In this document: in pieces, positions 10,323 to 21,939 of the stretch
How the letters are laid out: every line of letters begins with the position of its first letter
Numbering within the stretch: position 1 is the stretch's first letter
Assembly: GCA_050331735.1 (NCBI GenBank)
Contig: JBHJGN010000022.1
Location: 64,001 to 128,000 of the forward strand
Direction: 5' to 3'
Source of the DNA: Cyanophyceae cyanobacterium
Lineage (GTDB): Bacteria; Cyanobacteriota; Cyanobacteriia; Cyanobacteriales; JBHJGN01
DNA length: 64,000 nucleotides
Made by a program: the position numbers and the translations under genes
The notes under the pieces: model-generated
Database searches by the model: none
The model's input: only the letters and a program-made list of their open reading frames with translations
What the model was told of the DNA's origin: nothing

Positions 10323-11335
10323 AAAAACTTAGGATTTCTCCAGTATTCTGTATCAGAATCTATAACAAGGAAAATTATAGAAACAACTGATTCAGAGCAA
10401 AAAATAGTTTGACAGATAGGCAAACTAATAGTTGCCTATTAGTATGAGAACTGAAGACAGATTTGACTACCCTAAATTAGGAATTTAAGGATAAATTTAT
10501 GACCTGCTGTTAGCTTAAGCTGGCAAGCTTCCTGTTTTTAGGTATAGGTTTGGCACTCAATTTTTCTGACAAATATTGTGATATTCCAGCGATAGAGCCA
10601 GGAAAATCAAACAAATTAGCAGCCCCTCGAACCTTAGCGCTATCTTGCCGCTCTTAGCCAGATAAAATTTGTTGTTCTTGCCGTTTTGTGTTTTTTTTGC
10701 TTTTGGAAAGTATGACTTTTATTAAGAGAGGTGTAGCAAATAATTCCCCTGTAAACTACAATACCTTCAAGAAGCGTATTGATCGCATTGATACGTTTTC
10801 TCCCCTTGCTATTTTGTCAGCCGATGGATAACGATAGCCAAAAAGTTTAGAACAGTAAATCAGTCTGAAAGCTAGTTCGGCAAATCAATATACTTCCAAG
10901 TTCTAATGCTGCGGTCACAATTAAAGTCGCCCGAGCTTTTTGTGCTTGTCGAGTCTGAAGCTAGGTTGGCTTATCTCAGTTAAGAACGCTGAGAAGGAAC
11001 CTCTATCTAGCTGCTCTAGCACCTGCTGCGCCCAATTAGCTTGTTACTTTTACTTTATTTTACAAAATATTAAGCAGATTTCAAAAGTATTAGCTGTAGA
11101 TTTTAGAACAGTTTCAAAAAATAATCTTATTAAATATTTTCCTAATCTTTTCTGTACAAGTCAACCTGTTTTTAGATAGTCTCTCAAACAGTTACAAGTA
11201 TAAAAGCTAGATAGCAAAAAATATTTCTCTGCTGGCATTTTGTCCAGTCAATCTGTTTTGTCTGTGTCTACCAGTAAGGCGTGTTTTCAGAGAGATATGC
11301 CTAGTGATGAGTCTATCGCAATCAGGAGAAAAAGC

Positions 11336-11683
11336 ATGAAACGAATCATAGCTGCAGGATGTGGAGCTCTCAGTCTCGGTTTTTCTACAGCCGTGTTTGC
11401 TTTAGAAGCTCAGCGTTCTGACAGTGTTCTTGTCGCCCGTCAGAATTCAGAAGTAACTCCCTATAGTTTAGTAAGTAGCGGCTATCAAGGTTTTTTAAAA
11501 TCCCAGGGAATTCCCTCTGCCTCTACCTTTATTACCGGTATTAAAGCAAATAAAGTAACAGCTACTAGCTTAATTAATGCCGGAATTGCGATGGGAAGAC
11601 TATCTGAAAATAAACTCGATGATCGCACTTACGTTATTGCCGTTAGCCGTTTACTCGATAATTTAGCTAGTTCTTCCAACTAA
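11336..11683 (+). CDS. Small exported protein of unknown function
   Basis: AGGAG RBS before ATG 11336; signal peptide MKRIIAAGCGALSLGFSTAVFA. Confidence 0.7.
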   Translation: MKRIIAAGCGALSLGFSTAVFALEAQRSDSVLVARQNSEVTPYSLVSSGYQGFLKSQGIPSASTFITGIKANKVTATSLINAGIAMGRLSENKLDDRTYVIAVSRLLDNLASSSN

Positions 11684-11889
11684 TGCTTTTCCCAAAAATT
11701 TAAGCTTTGTTTTCAATGAGGGCCATCCGCGCGAGACGAGATTGGGGATGGAGGACTGCCAAAGCACGTTCCTAGCAATCAGCTCAAGCCTTTGCCAAGG
11801 GGAAGAAAACTGAAGTGGTCAATTTGCGTTGACCGATAGATTTTAGGTCAATGTTGCTCAACAGCTTGTTTTTAATTTAGGAGAGACTA

Positions 11890-14736
11890 ATGAGTCGCCT
11901 GCAAACATTACAAAATTACGGCCAGTCCGTCTGGCTAGACTATATTCGACGGAGTTCTATTGTCAGTCATGAAATAGAGCGATTAATCAGCGAAGATGGC
12001 TTAAAGGGGGTGACCTCAAATCCCGCTATCTTTGAAAAGGCCATTGGGGGCAGTACAGACTACGATACGGCTCTTTCTACTCTAGAAAAAGACCGCGATC
12101 GCGAGGCGATGGCGCTCTATGAGCAGTTAGCCATCGAAGACATTCAGGCAACGGCGGATATTCTTAAGCCCGTCTACGAAGAAACCAATCGTCGGGATGG
12201 GTACGTCAGCTTGGAAGTCTCGCCGTATTTGGCTAACGACACCGAACGCACTATTTTAGAGGCGCGTCGGCTGTGGGAAGCAGTCGGACGGGAAAACCTG
12301 ATGGTGAAAATCCCGGCAACCGATGCGGGGATTCCGGCGATTCGGCAAGCGATCAGCGAGGGGATTAACGTCAATGTAACTCTGCTATTTGACCGGGCAT
12401 ATTACGAGCGGGTTGCCGAGGCCTACATCGGCGGACTCGAAGCCTACGCTCAATCCGGTGGCGATGTGTCGCGGGTAGCGAGCGTAGCGAGTTTCTTCAT
12501 CAGCCGCATTGATAGCAGCGTAGATAGTTTAATCAACGACAAACTCAAGCAGACCACTGACCCCCAGGAAAAGGAGATTTTAGAAAGCCTGTTGGGGAAA
12601 GTGGCGATCGCCAACGCCAAGCTGACCTATCAGTATTCGCAACACCTCTATCAAAGCGATCGCTGGCAAAAGCTCGCCGCTCAAGGCGCTCAGCCGCAGC
12701 GGTTGCTGTGGGCCAGTACGGGAACCAAAAATCCTCAGTACAGCGATGTACTGTATGTCGAAGAACTAATCGGTTCTGACACCGTTAATACCGTTCCCCC
12801 GGCGACATTTTCGGCCTTCCGCGATCATGGCGAATCCCGCTCTAGCTTAGCGGAAAACGTGGCCGAGGCGGAGGAAGTGATTACTAACTTAGCCAAGGTC
12901 GGCATTTCTTTGAGCGAAGTGACCACAAGCCTGCTCAATAAAGCCGTACAGCTCTTTGCGGAAGCTTTTGATAAGCTCCTCAGCACCATCGAGAAGAAAC
13001 GCGAGGCGGTGTTAGCCGATGACCTCGATTGCTTAACCTATCAACTGCCCGAAGACCTGACCCAGAAAGTTCAGGACTCCTTAGTAGAGTGGCGCAAAGC
13101 GGGCAAAATTCGCCGTCTGTGGGACCGCGATGCCTCTTTGTGGACCAATGAAGACGAAAACCGCTGGTTAGGCTGGCTCTGTACCACCGAAGACCAGTTA
13201 GGACACATTGAGCGACTCCAGCAGCTCGCGGAAGAAAGCAAGCAGTTTAAGTACGTTCTCTTGCTCGGCATGGGCGGCTCTTCCCTTTGTCCAGAAGTGA
13301 TGAAGCTGACCTTTGGCCGAGTGTTAGGGGCTCCCGAACTGCTGATTCTTGACTCTACCGATCCGGCGCAGGTTAAGACGGTTGAAGCGCAGATTGAGCT
13401 CACCAAAACGTTATTTATCGTTTCCAGTAAGTCGGGCAGTACCCTAGAGCCCAACATCTTCAAGCAGTATTTCTTCGACCGCCTCAGTCAAATTGTCGGT
13501 GCCGAGGCGGCGGGTCAGCAGTTTATTGCCGTTACCGATCCGGGGTCCAAGCTTGAGAAAGTAGCAAAAGCAGATCACTTTCGCCATATCTTCTACGGCA
13601 TTCCCAGCATTGGCGGTCGCTACTCGGCCCTGTCTAACTTTGGCATGGTTCCGGCGGCAGCAATGGGCGTGGATGTGGCTAAGCTATTAGATCTCGCGGA
13701 GGAGATGGTGCATTCCTGTGCGCCTTCGGTTCCCGCAGAAGACAACGCTGGCGTGGTGCTCGGAACGATTCTTGGTGTCTTGGCTAATGAGGGACGCGAT
13801 AAAGTTACCCTAATTACGTCTCCCGGCATTGGCGATCTCGGAGCTTGGCTCGAGCAGCTCCTCGCTGAATCCACCGGTAAGCAAGGAAAAGGACTGATTC
13901 CGGTCGATCTCGAACCTCTGGGAGCACCGGAGCAATACGGCAGCGATCGCCTGTTTGTCTACGCGCGGCTAACGGCGGCTCCCGATCCTGAGCAGGATGC
14001 CGCTATCGAGAAACTCAAGCAAGCCGGACAGCCGGTGGTCAACATCTCCGTCAGAGATCGCTATCACATCGCTCAGGAATTCTTCCGCTGGGAAGTGGCA
14101 ACGGCAGTTGCCGGGTCGATTATTGGCATCAATGCCTTTAACCAACCCGATGTCGAAGCGAGTAAAATTGCCACGCGGGAACTCACCTCGGAGTACGAAC
14201 AAACTGGAACCTTGCCTCCTGAGTCTCCGATTTTCAGCGAGTCTGGCATCCAGCTATTTACAGATGATAACAACGCGGCCTTCTTAAACGAAACAGTCGG
14301 CAGCGAACCCAGTTTGTCTCAATACCTCCAGGCTCACCTCCAGCGACTCACCGCCGGAGACTACTTTGCGCTGCTGGCCTATATCGAAATGAACCAGCCG
14401 CATCAAGAGCAGCTACAGGCCATCCGTCAGTCAATCCGCGATCGCTTCAAGGTGGCCACCTGCTTGGGCTTCGGTCCTCGCTTTCTCCACTCCACCGGAC
14501 AGGCGTACAAAGGCGGACCCAACTCCGGAGTCTTCCTGCAAATCACCTGTGACGATGCCCTCGATCTCAGCGTACCCGGACAAAAATATAGCTTTGGAGT
14601 CGTCAAAGCCGCGCAAGCGCGAGGGGACTTCCAGGTATTAGGAGAGCGCCACCGCCGCGCTTTGCGAGTGCATCTTAGCAAGGATGTAGAAGCTGGACTG
14701 GCGACGTTGCAGCAGGCTATCGAGCAGGCGATCTAG
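11890..14736 (+). CDS. Bifunctional transaldolase / glucose-6-phosphate isomerase
   Basis: N-terminal GQSVWLD, GVTSNPAIF, MVKIPAT, LLWASTGTK; C-terminal GMGGSSL, SKSGSTLE, IGGRYSALS, EQLLAESTGK, FNQPDVEASK. Confidence 0.95.
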   Translation: MSRLQTLQNYGQSVWLDYIRRSSIVSHEIERLISEDGLKGVTSNPAIFEKAIGGSTDYDTALSTLEKDRDREAMALYEQLAIEDIQATADILKPVYEETNRRDGYVSLEVSPYLANDTERTILEARRLWEAVGRENLMVKIPATDAGIPAIRQAISEGINVNVTLLFDRAYYERVAEAYIGGLEAYAQSGGDVSRVASVASFFISRIDSSVDSLINDKLKQTTDPQEKEILESLLGKVAIANAKLTYQYSQHLYQSDRWQKLAAQGAQPQRLLWASTGTKNPQYSDVLYVEELIGSDTVNTVPPATFSAFRDHGESRSSLAENVAEAEEVITNLAKVGISLSEVTTSLLNKAVQLFAEAFDKLLSTIEKKREAVLADDLDCLTYQLPEDLTQKVQDSLVEWRKAGKIRRLWDRDASLWTNEDENRWLGWLCTTEDQLGHIERLQQLAEESKQFKYVLLLGMGGSSLCPEVMKLTFGRVLGAPELLILDSTDPAQVKTVEAQIELTKTLFIVSSKSGSTLEPNIFKQYFFDRLSQIVGAEAAGQQFIAVTDPGSKLEKVAKADHFRHIFYGIPSIGGRYSALSNFGMVPAAAMGVDVAKLLDLAEEMVHSCAPSVPAEDNAGVVLGTILGVLANEGRDKVTLITSPGIGDLGAWLEQLLAESTGKQGKGLIPVDLEPLGAPEQYGSDRLFVYARLTAAPDPEQDAAIEKLKQAGQPVVNISVRDRYHIAQEFFRWEVATAVAGSIIGINAFNQPDVEASKIATRELTSEYEQTGTLPPESPIFSESGIQLFTDDNNAAFLNETVGSEPSLSQYLQAHLQRLTAGDYFALLAYIEMNQPHQEQLQAIRQSIRDRFKVATCLGFGPRFLHSTGQAYKGGPNSGVFLQITCDDALDLSVPGQKYSFGVVKAAQARGDFQVLGERHRRALRVHLSKDVEAGLATLQQAIEQAI

Positions 14737-14980
14737 CGACTGGCGAACGGCATGGATGCAATGCTGGTTGCTCATTGTTGATGGTTCATCGACTACTGAG
14801 GGATGGACCATCACCAAGCAAAGCGATCGCCTTTCTTGGTGGGGTCGAGAGTTTTGACTGTTTTCCTGCTTCAAAGCTCGTTCAAGCTAATTTTTCTTTG
14901 ACCTCACCGCAGCCATTTTGTCCCCCGCATTGCCAGGTCTTTTTTGAAAATAACGCATACATACTAATTAGGAGAAAAAC

Positions 14981-15964
14981 ATGGAAATTGGTGTTTTCGG
15001 CTTAGGTCGGATGGGAGCTAATATTGTGCGTCGCTTGATGCGACAAGAGCATCGCTGCGTTGTCTTTAACCGCACTCCCGATAAAGTCAAGCAATTAGAA
15101 TCTGAAGGAGCATCTGGAGCTACGTCTCTAGAAGATTTGGTCAAACAACTCACGCCTCCTCGCGCTGTCTGGGTGATGGTTCCTGCCGGACAAGCCACCG
15201 AGCAAGCCGTTGTTCAGCTCGGCGAACTACTGGAAGCCGGAGATACCATTATTGACGGCGGGAATACCTACTTTAAAGATGACGTGCGCCGCGCTCAGTC
15301 TTTAAAAGAAAAAGGCATTCACTACGTCGATGTGGGAACAAGCGGCGGAGTCTGGGGCCTAGAGCGAGGCTACTGCATGATGATTGGTGGCGAAACCGAG
15401 GTCGTGCAGCATCTCGACCCGATTTTTAAAACTCTCGCTCCTGGAATCGGCGATATTCCCAGAACGCCGGGACGTGAGAGCCTCAACGGTGCTAGCGGCA
15501 CGTCCGAAGATGGCTATCTGCACTGCGGCCCTGTGGGTGCCGGTCACTTTGTGAAGATGGTGCACAATGGCGTCGAGTATGCATTGATGCAGGCTTACGC
15601 AGAAGGATTTGATATCTTCAAAAATGCCGCCTCGGAAGATCTGCCCGCAGAGTATCGCTATGACCTGAATATTGCTGACGTTGCTGAGGTGTGGCGACGC
15701 GGTAGCGTTGTCGGCTCCTGGCTGCTCGACCTCTCAGCGATGGCGCTGCTAGAAAATCCCACCCTGTCTGACTACACCGGGTTTGTGCAGGATTCTGGCG
15801 AAGGACGCTGGACCATCATGGCCGCCATCGAAGAAGCGGTTCCCGTAGACGTTCTATCGGCAGCTCTCTATACTCGCTTCCGTTCCCGCCAGGAGCATAC
15901 CTTCGCCGAAAAAGCCCTGTCAGCCATGCGCTTTAAGTTCGGCGGACACACGGAGAAGAAGTAG
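14981..15964 (+). CDS. gnd: 6-phosphogluconate dehydrogenase, decarboxylating (short YqeC-type)
   Basis: [50 protein letters not shown]. Confidence 0.95.
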   Translation: MEIGVFGLGRMGANIVRRLMRQEHRCVVFNRTPDKVKQLESEGASGATSLEDLVKQLTPPRAVWVMVPAGQATEQAVVQLGELLEAGDTIIDGGNTYFKDDVRRAQSLKEKGIHYVDVGTSGGVWGLERGYCMMIGGETEVVQHLDPIFKTLAPGIGDIPRTPGRESLNGASGTSEDGYLHCGPVGAGHFVKMVHNGVEYALMQAYAEGFDIFKNAASEDLPAEYRYDLNIADVAEVWRRGSVVGSWLLDLSAMALLENPTLSDYTGFVQDSGEGRWTIMAAIEEAVPVDVLSAALYTRFRSRQEHTFAEKALSAMRFKFGGHTEKK

Positions 15965-16133
15965 TCGCGTTCGCGACGGGGAAGGGGGAAAGGGAAAAAT
16001 TGTCCCTTTCGGGACGGGTAAAGGGAAATCTGTCGCTCCGCGACGGTCAAAGAACACAGGACTAAGGAATAGGCTGAATCATTACTTCCTTTCCCCCGTC
16101 CCCTTTTCCCTTTCCCCTGCGCCTAGCGGCGCT
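15964..16133. repeat. Composite palindromic intergenic element
   Basis: Purine heptamers with hairpins, AAGAACACAG core, then complementary pyrimidine heptamers. Confidence 0.75.
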
Positions 16134-16158
16134 CTTATTGATTTATGGAAAGAAAATT

Positions 16159-17715
16159 ATGGTACTTATTGGAAATAGAGCAACGACCGAGCAGCAGTCG
16201 GTTCAGATTGCCGATCCGTGCATTATTGTAATCTTTGGGGCGACTGGAGATCTTACCAAGCGCAAGCTGATTCCGGCTCTCTATAATTTAGCAACGAATA
16301 ATCTGCTGCCGGAAGAATTTGCGGTGGTGGGCGTGGCTCGCAATGAGCTGAATACTGATGCGTTCCGGGATAGAATGAATCAGGATTTTCAGGAATTTGC
16401 TCCGGCTAATGCCGATCAAAAGCTATGGGATTGGTTGGAAGCTAAAATTCACTATCTGCAAGGGGATTTCAAGAGCCCGGAAACCTATACCCAGTTAGCG
16501 AGTCTTCTTGCTCAGCTCGACCAGCAATACGGCACTCAGGGTAACTATCTCTACTACCTAGCAACCGCTCCGAGCTTCTTTTGCAACATCGTTTCGCACC
16601 TTGGTAACGTGGGCTTGGCTCGGGAAGAGAACGGTCACTGGCGACGGGTGGTGATCGAAAAGCCGTTCGGGCAAGATTTGGCCTCGGCGCAGGCACTCAA
16701 TCAGCAAATTACCGGTGTCCTTAACGAGTGCCAGATTTACCGCATCGACCACTATCTCGGGAAAGAAACAGTTCAGAACATTCTAGTATTTCGGTTTGGC
16801 AACGGTTTGTTTGAGCCGATTTGGAACTATCGCTATATCGACCACGTACAAATTACCGTGGCGGAAACCGTTGGTGTCGGCAGTCGCGCCGATTACTATG
16901 AAGGATCGGGAGCCATGCGGGATATGGTGCAAAACCACCTGTTCCAACTGCTGGCGATGGTGGCGATGGAGCCGCCGATTTCCTTCGATGCGGATGCGGT
17001 ACGGGATGAAAAATCAAAAGTGCTGCGCTCCATTCTGCCTTTTAGCGAAGCCGACGTGCTCAACTACGCCGTTCGCGGTCAGTACGGTGAGGGCTTAGTC
17101 GGGGGCAAAAAGGTTCCCGGATATCGCTCTGAATCGCGGGTAGACCCCAACTCCAACACCGAAACCTTCGCCGCTATGAAGTTGTCTATCGACAACTGGC
17201 GCTGGGCGAATGTCCCCTTCTATCTGCGCACCGGCAAGAGAATGGCAGAGCGAGTCAGCGAAATTGCCATTCAGTTTAAGCAGGTGCCCTCTCTGCTGTT
17301 CCGACAAACTCCTATCGAGCAGCTTACTCCTAACTTCTTAGTGCTGCGGATTCAGCCCAATGAAGGAATTACCTTGCAGTTTGGGGCCAAGGTTCCCGGA
17401 CCAACGGTGCAGATGGGAACGGTGGGTATGGATTTCTGCTATGCCAATTACTTCCACAGCACCCCCACCACTGGTTACGAAACGCTGATCTACGACTGCA
17501 TGATTGGTGATGCTACTCTGTTCCAGCGTTCGGACAACGTTGAACTAGGCTGGAGCGTGGTTAAATCTACTCTAGATGTGTGGAATACTCTCCCCTACGG
17601 CAATTTCCCGAACTATGCCGCTGGTTCTTGGGGACCGGCTGAGGCCGAACAGCTACTCGCCCGCGATGGTCGTCAGTGGCGCACTATCAATCCGGCCTTC
17701 TGTAGCCTGAGCTAG
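16159..17715 (+). CDS. zwf: Glucose-6-phosphate 1-dehydrogenase
   Basis: [52 protein letters not shown]. Confidence 0.96.
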   Translation: MVLIGNRATTEQQSVQIADPCIIVIFGATGDLTKRKLIPALYNLATNNLLPEEFAVVGVARNELNTDAFRDRMNQDFQEFAPANADQKLWDWLEAKIHYLQGDFKSPETYTQLASLLAQLDQQYGTQGNYLYYLATAPSFFCNIVSHLGNVGLAREENGHWRRVVIEKPFGQDLASAQALNQQITGVLNECQIYRIDHYLGKETVQNILVFRFGNGLFEPIWNYRYIDHVQITVAETVGVGSRADYYEGSGAMRDMVQNHLFQLLAMVAMEPPISFDADAVRDEKSKVLRSILPFSEADVLNYAVRGQYGEGLVGGKKVPGYRSESRVDPNSNTETFAAMKLSIDNWRWANVPFYLRTGKRMAERVSEIAIQFKQVPSLLFRQTPIEQLTPNFLVLRIQPNEGITLQFGAKVPGPTVQMGTVGMDFCYANYFHSTPTTGYETLIYDCMIGDATLFQRSDNVELGWSVVKSTLDVWNTLPYGNFPNYAAGSWGPAEAEQLLARDGRQWRTINPAFCSLS

Positions 17716-17871
17716 GTGGGTAGGTGTCGTTGAAGAGACACAGGGGCCATCGAGGTGACGGTCGGGAGTTGGGCTAAGGTTCAGCACAAGCAAAGTTAAT
17801 TCCTTTCCCCCTGACCCTTTCCCCTCACATCAAAAATTCACTTCCCACTATTAATTATTGGTTATCGAATC

Positions 17872-18882
17872 GTGAGCAAACAAGGAATAACGCTAAACCG
17901 CTATCTTTGGCAGCAGTACAAAGAAGCGAAGCTACCGCTCGATCTGTTGATGCTGCTAGAGCAGATGGCATTTGCGGGTAAAATTTTAGCCCGGGAAATC
18001 AGTCGCGCTGCGTTAGTTGGCAAACTGGGGCTGGTCGGCGAAAAGAACGCCACCGGCGATGCCCAGAAAAAACTAGATGTCTTCAGCAACCAGGTTGTTA
18101 TCGACACTTTTACAGAGCTAGGATTGGTATCGGCGATCGCCTCTGAAGAACTCGATCAGGTAGAGTTCATCGACTGCGGCCAAGATACGCCCTATATCCT
18201 CTGCACCGATCCCCTCGACGGCTCTTCTAATACCGACACGGCGGGGTCTCTGGGGACTATTTTTGGGATCTACCGTCGCCTCAGCCAAGGACCGTGCGGC
18301 ACTGAGGCCGATGCGCTCCGGCCAGGGACTGAGTTAGTGACAGCGGGCTATATCCTCTATAGCACCAGCACGATCTTGGTATTTACCTGCGCTAACTCTG
18401 TTCAGGGCTTTACCCTCGATCCAGACTTGGGGGAGTTTCTGCTGTCTCACCCCGATATGCGCTGTCCAGAAACCGGAAAAATCTACAGTGCCAACCTCAG
18501 CTACTCTCCGGAGTGGCATCCGCACCTCCAGCAGTACGTAGACTACTTAAGCGATCGCACCAACAAATCTCAGCCAACCTCGCTGCGCTACGCCGGGGCG
18601 TTAGTCGGCGATTTCCACCGCTGTTTGCTTCAGGGCGGGCTGTATTTCTATCCAGGAACCGCTCAGCAGCCAGACGGAAAGCTACGCCTGCTCTACGAGT
18701 GCGCTCCTCTAGCGTTGGTCGCAGAACTCGCAGGCGGCAAAGCCAGCACTGGCCAGCAGCGCATTTTAGATCTCAAACCCGAGTCGATTCATCAGCGTGC
18801 GCCTCTGGCCATTGGCAGTACCGCTGCCGTCACTTTCTACGAACAATTTCTCAACTCTGGTCGCAGTGCTGCTGCCGCCTAA
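17872..18882 (+). CDS. fbp: Class 1 fructose-1,6-bisphosphatase
   Basis: QKKLDV, ASEE, DPLDGSSN, RYAGALVGD, GKLRLLYECAP. Confidence 0.94.
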   Translation: MSKQGITLNRYLWQQYKEAKLPLDLLMLLEQMAFAGKILAREISRAALVGKLGLVGEKNATGDAQKKLDVFSNQVVIDTFTELGLVSAIASEELDQVEFIDCGQDTPYILCTDPLDGSSNTDTAGSLGTIFGIYRRLSQGPCGTEADALRPGTELVTAGYILYSTSTILVFTCANSVQGFTLDPDLGEFLLSHPDMRCPETGKIYSANLSYSPEWHPHLQQYVDYLSDRTNKSQPTSLRYAGALVGDFHRCLLQGGLYFYPGTAQQPDGKLRLLYECAPLALVAELAGGKASTGQQRILDLKPESIHQRAPLAIGSTAAVTFYEQFLNSGRSAAAA

Positions 18883-18928
18883 AGTCACAACCTACTTCAT
18901 TGTCGTCAAGTTTCATTAGGAGTTATTC

Positions 18929-19879
18929 ATGAACACTCAAACCGTCAATAATATTCTGAGCTGGTACGGGAGCGACAATCCCGGTACGCTCACCAACTTA
19001 GCTCGTCTACTCAACCAGGGTCGTCTAGCCGGAACGGGTAAAATGGTCATTCTGCCCGTAGACCAGGGCTTTGAACACGGACCTGCTCGCAGCTTCGCCA
19101 TGAACCCGGTCGCCTACGACCCCCGCTACCACTTTGAGCTGGCTATCGATGCTGGCTGTAGTGCTTACGCGGCTCCGCTTGGCTTCTTAGAAGCCGGTGC
19201 CAGAGAGTTTGCCGGAGAAATCCCGTTGATTCTCAAGGTCAACGACCACGACGTTCTCCTCAACGAGTCAGATCCCCATCAGGCGCTGACGGGCAGCATC
19301 AATGACGCGCTGCGCCTGGGCTGTGTGGGCATTGGCTTTACCATCTACCCCGGTTCTAGCCATCGCCTGGAGATGTACCAGCAAATCCGGGCCTACGCCG
19401 AAGAAGCGAAGCGCAACGGTTTAGTAGTGGTAATTTGGTCCTACCCGCGCGGTTCGGGCTTGAGTAAAGCGGGGGAAACAGCGATCGACATCACCTGCTA
19501 CGCCGCTCATATCGCGGCTCAACTGGGAGCGCACATCATTAAAGTGAAGCTACCCAGCAAACATATCGAGCAGGAAGCCGCCCAGAAGATCTACGAATCC
19601 TCCCACATTCCCATCAACAGCCTGAGCGATCGCGTCCGCCATGTAGTGCAGTGTACCTTCAACGGTCGGCGCGTCGTCATCTTTTCTGGAGGAGCTGCCA
19701 GTCACGATGAGATGGTGCTTGAGCAGATTCGCGCCATCTACGATGGCGGCGGCTTTGGCTCTATTGTCGGTCGCAACTCCTTCCAAAGATCTAAGTCAGA
19801 TGCCCTAGATCTGCTCAACAGAATGATGGATATCTACAGCGGACAGTTTGTTGCGTCTCCTTGTGCCTCTTTAGTGTAG
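18929..19879 (+). CDS. fbaB: Class I fructose-bisphosphate aldolase (DhnA/FbaB type)
   Basis: ILPVDQGFEHGP, WSYPRG, Schiff-base IIKVK, FSGG, GSIVGRNSFQR. Confidence 0.92.
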   Translation: MNTQTVNNILSWYGSDNPGTLTNLARLLNQGRLAGTGKMVILPVDQGFEHGPARSFAMNPVAYDPRYHFELAIDAGCSAYAAPLGFLEAGAREFAGEIPLILKVNDHDVLLNESDPHQALTGSINDALRLGCVGIGFTIYPGSSHRLEMYQQIRAYAEEAKRNGLVVVIWSYPRGSGLSKAGETAIDITCYAAHIAAQLGAHIIKVKLPSKHIEQEAAQKIYESSHIPINSLSDRVRHVVQCTFNGRRVVIFSGGAASHDEMVLEQIRAIYDGGGFGSIVGRNSFQRSKSDALDLLNRMMDIYSGQFVASPCASLV

Positions 19880-19882
19880 GAA

Positions 19883-20120
19883 GCGCTCCTAGGCGCGGGG
19901 AAAGGGAAGCCGCGTTCGCGGCGGGGAAAGGGAAAATAGTTCCTACGGAACGGGGAAAGGGAAAATTGTCGCTCCGCGACGGGAAAAGAACACAGGAGCG
20001 AGGAACTGGCTGAGTCCCTCCTTTCCCCTGCGCCAGTGGCGCTTCCCCTTTTTCCGTTGCGGAGCAACTCCCCCCTTCCCCGTCGCGTGCTTCCTGCGGA
20101 AGAACTTCGTAAACGCGACA
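19883..20120. repeat. Composite palindromic intergenic element with several mini-hairpins
   Basis: GTTCC-TAC-GGAAC, GTCGC-TCC-GCGAC, AAGAACACAG core, GTTGC-GGA-GCAAC, nested 32-bp unit. Confidence 0.8.
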
Positions 20121-20142
20121 ATTCACTCAACTATTTCAGACG

Positions 20143-21222
20143 ATGAACGGACTAAAGCAACTACAACTCGATCGCGGTCGGCTTGACATCTTGTCAGCAG
20201 ACAGGGCCCTTGTCAACCGACCGAGGCTGCTGTTAGCTGGGGATATCGGTGGGACGAAAACGATTTTGCGTTTAGTGGAGTTGTCAGCAGACTCGACCTT
20301 CAAAACGATCCATCAGGTTAAATACTCAAGCAGTAACTTTCCCGATCTCGTCCCGATGGTGCAGCAGTTTTTAGCAGCCATTGAGGGCTACTTCCCAGAG
20401 GTTGCCTGTTTTGCGATCGCCGGAGCAGTCATCGACAATACGTCTAAGCTCACAAACCTCAACTGGTTTTTAGACAGCCAGCGCTTAGAGGTCGAGCTCG
20501 GCATTCCCAAAGTCAGTCTGCTCAATGACTTTGCCGCTAACTGCTATGGCGTGTTGGGATTGAATCCTGCCGACTTACACACGCTCCAAGACGGAAAACC
20601 CTCAAAGACAGCGCCCATCGCGGTAATTGGTGCAGGAACGGGCCTCGGAGAAGGTTTTTTAGTTCCCCAGGGAGACCAGTATCAGATCTTTGCTTCAGAG
20701 GGAGGACACGCTGACTTTGCACCGCGCTCCGAGTTAGAACTGAAGCTAGGCTCTTACCTGCAAGAGAAGTACCAAACGAACCACATTTCCGTCGAGCGCT
20801 TAGTGTCTGGTCGAGGGATTGTTGATATTTATCAGGGTTTACGTCTGCACCGCGTCTTTCCTGAATCCCCGGAGATTGCTGAGGCGATGGCGAGCCAAAA
20901 AGTAGATGCGGCGGCGATCATTTCCCAAGCGGCGCTGGAGCGGAGCGATCGCCTGTGCGAAAAAACGATGGAAATCTTCATCGAAACCTACGCAGCGCAG
21001 GCAGGGAACCTCGCGCTCACTCTCCTTCCCTTTGGCGGTCTTTATATCAGTGGCGGCATTGCTGCTAAGATTTTGCCGCTGATACAAGAGGAACGCTTTT
21101 TGGCGGCGTTTAGGCGCAAAGGCAGAATGAGCGAAATCCTGCAACAGATCCCGCTGCACGTAGTTTTAAATCCGCAGGTAGGGCTGTTGGGGTCAATTTT
21201 GTATGGTTGTGCAACCTTTTAA
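20143..21222 (+). CDS. glk: Glucokinase
   Basis: LAGDIGGT, LLNDF, GAGTGLG, SEGGH, VERLVSGRG, GGLYISGGI. Confidence 0.95.
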   Translation: MNGLKQLQLDRGRLDILSADRALVNRPRLLLAGDIGGTKTILRLVELSADSTFKTIHQVKYSSSNFPDLVPMVQQFLAAIEGYFPEVACFAIAGAVIDNTSKLTNLNWFLDSQRLEVELGIPKVSLLNDFAANCYGVLGLNPADLHTLQDGKPSKTAPIAVIGAGTGLGEGFLVPQGDQYQIFASEGGHADFAPRSELELKLGSYLQEKYQTNHISVERLVSGRGIVDIYQGLRLHRVFPESPEIAEAMASQKVDAAAIISQAALERSDRLCEKTMEIFIETYAAQAGNLALTLLPFGGLYISGGIAAKILPLIQEERFLAAFRRKGRMSEILQQIPLHVVLNPQVGLLGSILYGCATF

Positions 21223-21234
21223 CCGAGAAGAACA

Positions 21235-21939
21235 ATGAATTCCAAAGCCTTAATTGCTGAATTTATCGGCACTTTTGCCCTCGTGTTTATTGGCATTAGT
21301 ACGATCGCAGCCAACGAGATCAGCGACAATGCTACTGGACTAGTGGGAGTCGCCCTCGGTCATGGTTTGACCATCGCCGTTATGGTCAGTGCAACGGCGG
21401 CGATCAGCGGCGGACATATTAATCCTGCTGTGACGTTTGGTGCTTGGCTAGCTCGTCAAATCGATTCTAAAAACGCCATCGGCTACCTTATTTCCCAGTG
21501 CTTAGCGGCTCTCCTGGCGGCGAGCTTAGTTAAGTTGACCGTTCCCACTGCGGTCCTCCAGGCGATCGCGATGGGAACCCCCGCTCCCGGTGCTGGCGTT
21601 CCGGCCTCGATGGCGTTCATGATGGAGGTGGTGCTCACGTTCTTTTTGGTGTTTGTGGTGTTTGGAACAGCCATTGATGGACGCGCCCCCAACGTGGGAG
21701 GACTATTTGTCGGCCTAACCGTCACTCTCGATATTCTTGCCGGGGGTCCGATCAGCGGCGCTGCCATGAATCCCGCTCGCTACCTAGGTCCGGCCCTCGT
21801 CAGCGGTAACCTACAGTATTTTTGGCTGTACTGGAGCGCTCCCTTGCTCGGTGGAGCGATCGCTGCGGCGCTGTATTACTTTGTTCTACAAGAATGTGCG
21901 CGGCTGTATCTTTTCACCGGCAGAGGCAGTAAGCAGTGA
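21235..21939 (+). CDS. MIP-family channel (aquaporin)
   Basis: AEFIGTF, SGGHINPAVT, AMNPAR (two NPA motifs). Confidence 0.95.
   Translation: MNSKALIAEFIGTFALVFIGISTIAANEISDNATGLVGVALGHGLTIAVMVSATAAISGGHINPAVTFGAWLARQIDSKNAIGYLISQCLAALLAASLVKLTVPTAVLQAIAMGTPAPGAGVPASMAFMMEVVLTFFLVFVVFGTAIDGRAPNVGGLFVGLTVTLDILAGGPISGAAMNPARYLGPALVSGNLQYFWLYWSAPLLGGAIAAALYYFVLQECARLYLFTGRGSKQ

Noticed and set aside
10751..10764. GTA-N8-TAC possible NtcA site
   Set aside because: Only the minimal consensus in AT-rich DNA, far from start codons
19815..20130. Two ~100-aa minus-strand ORFs
   Set aside because: Low-complexity readings of the repeat element
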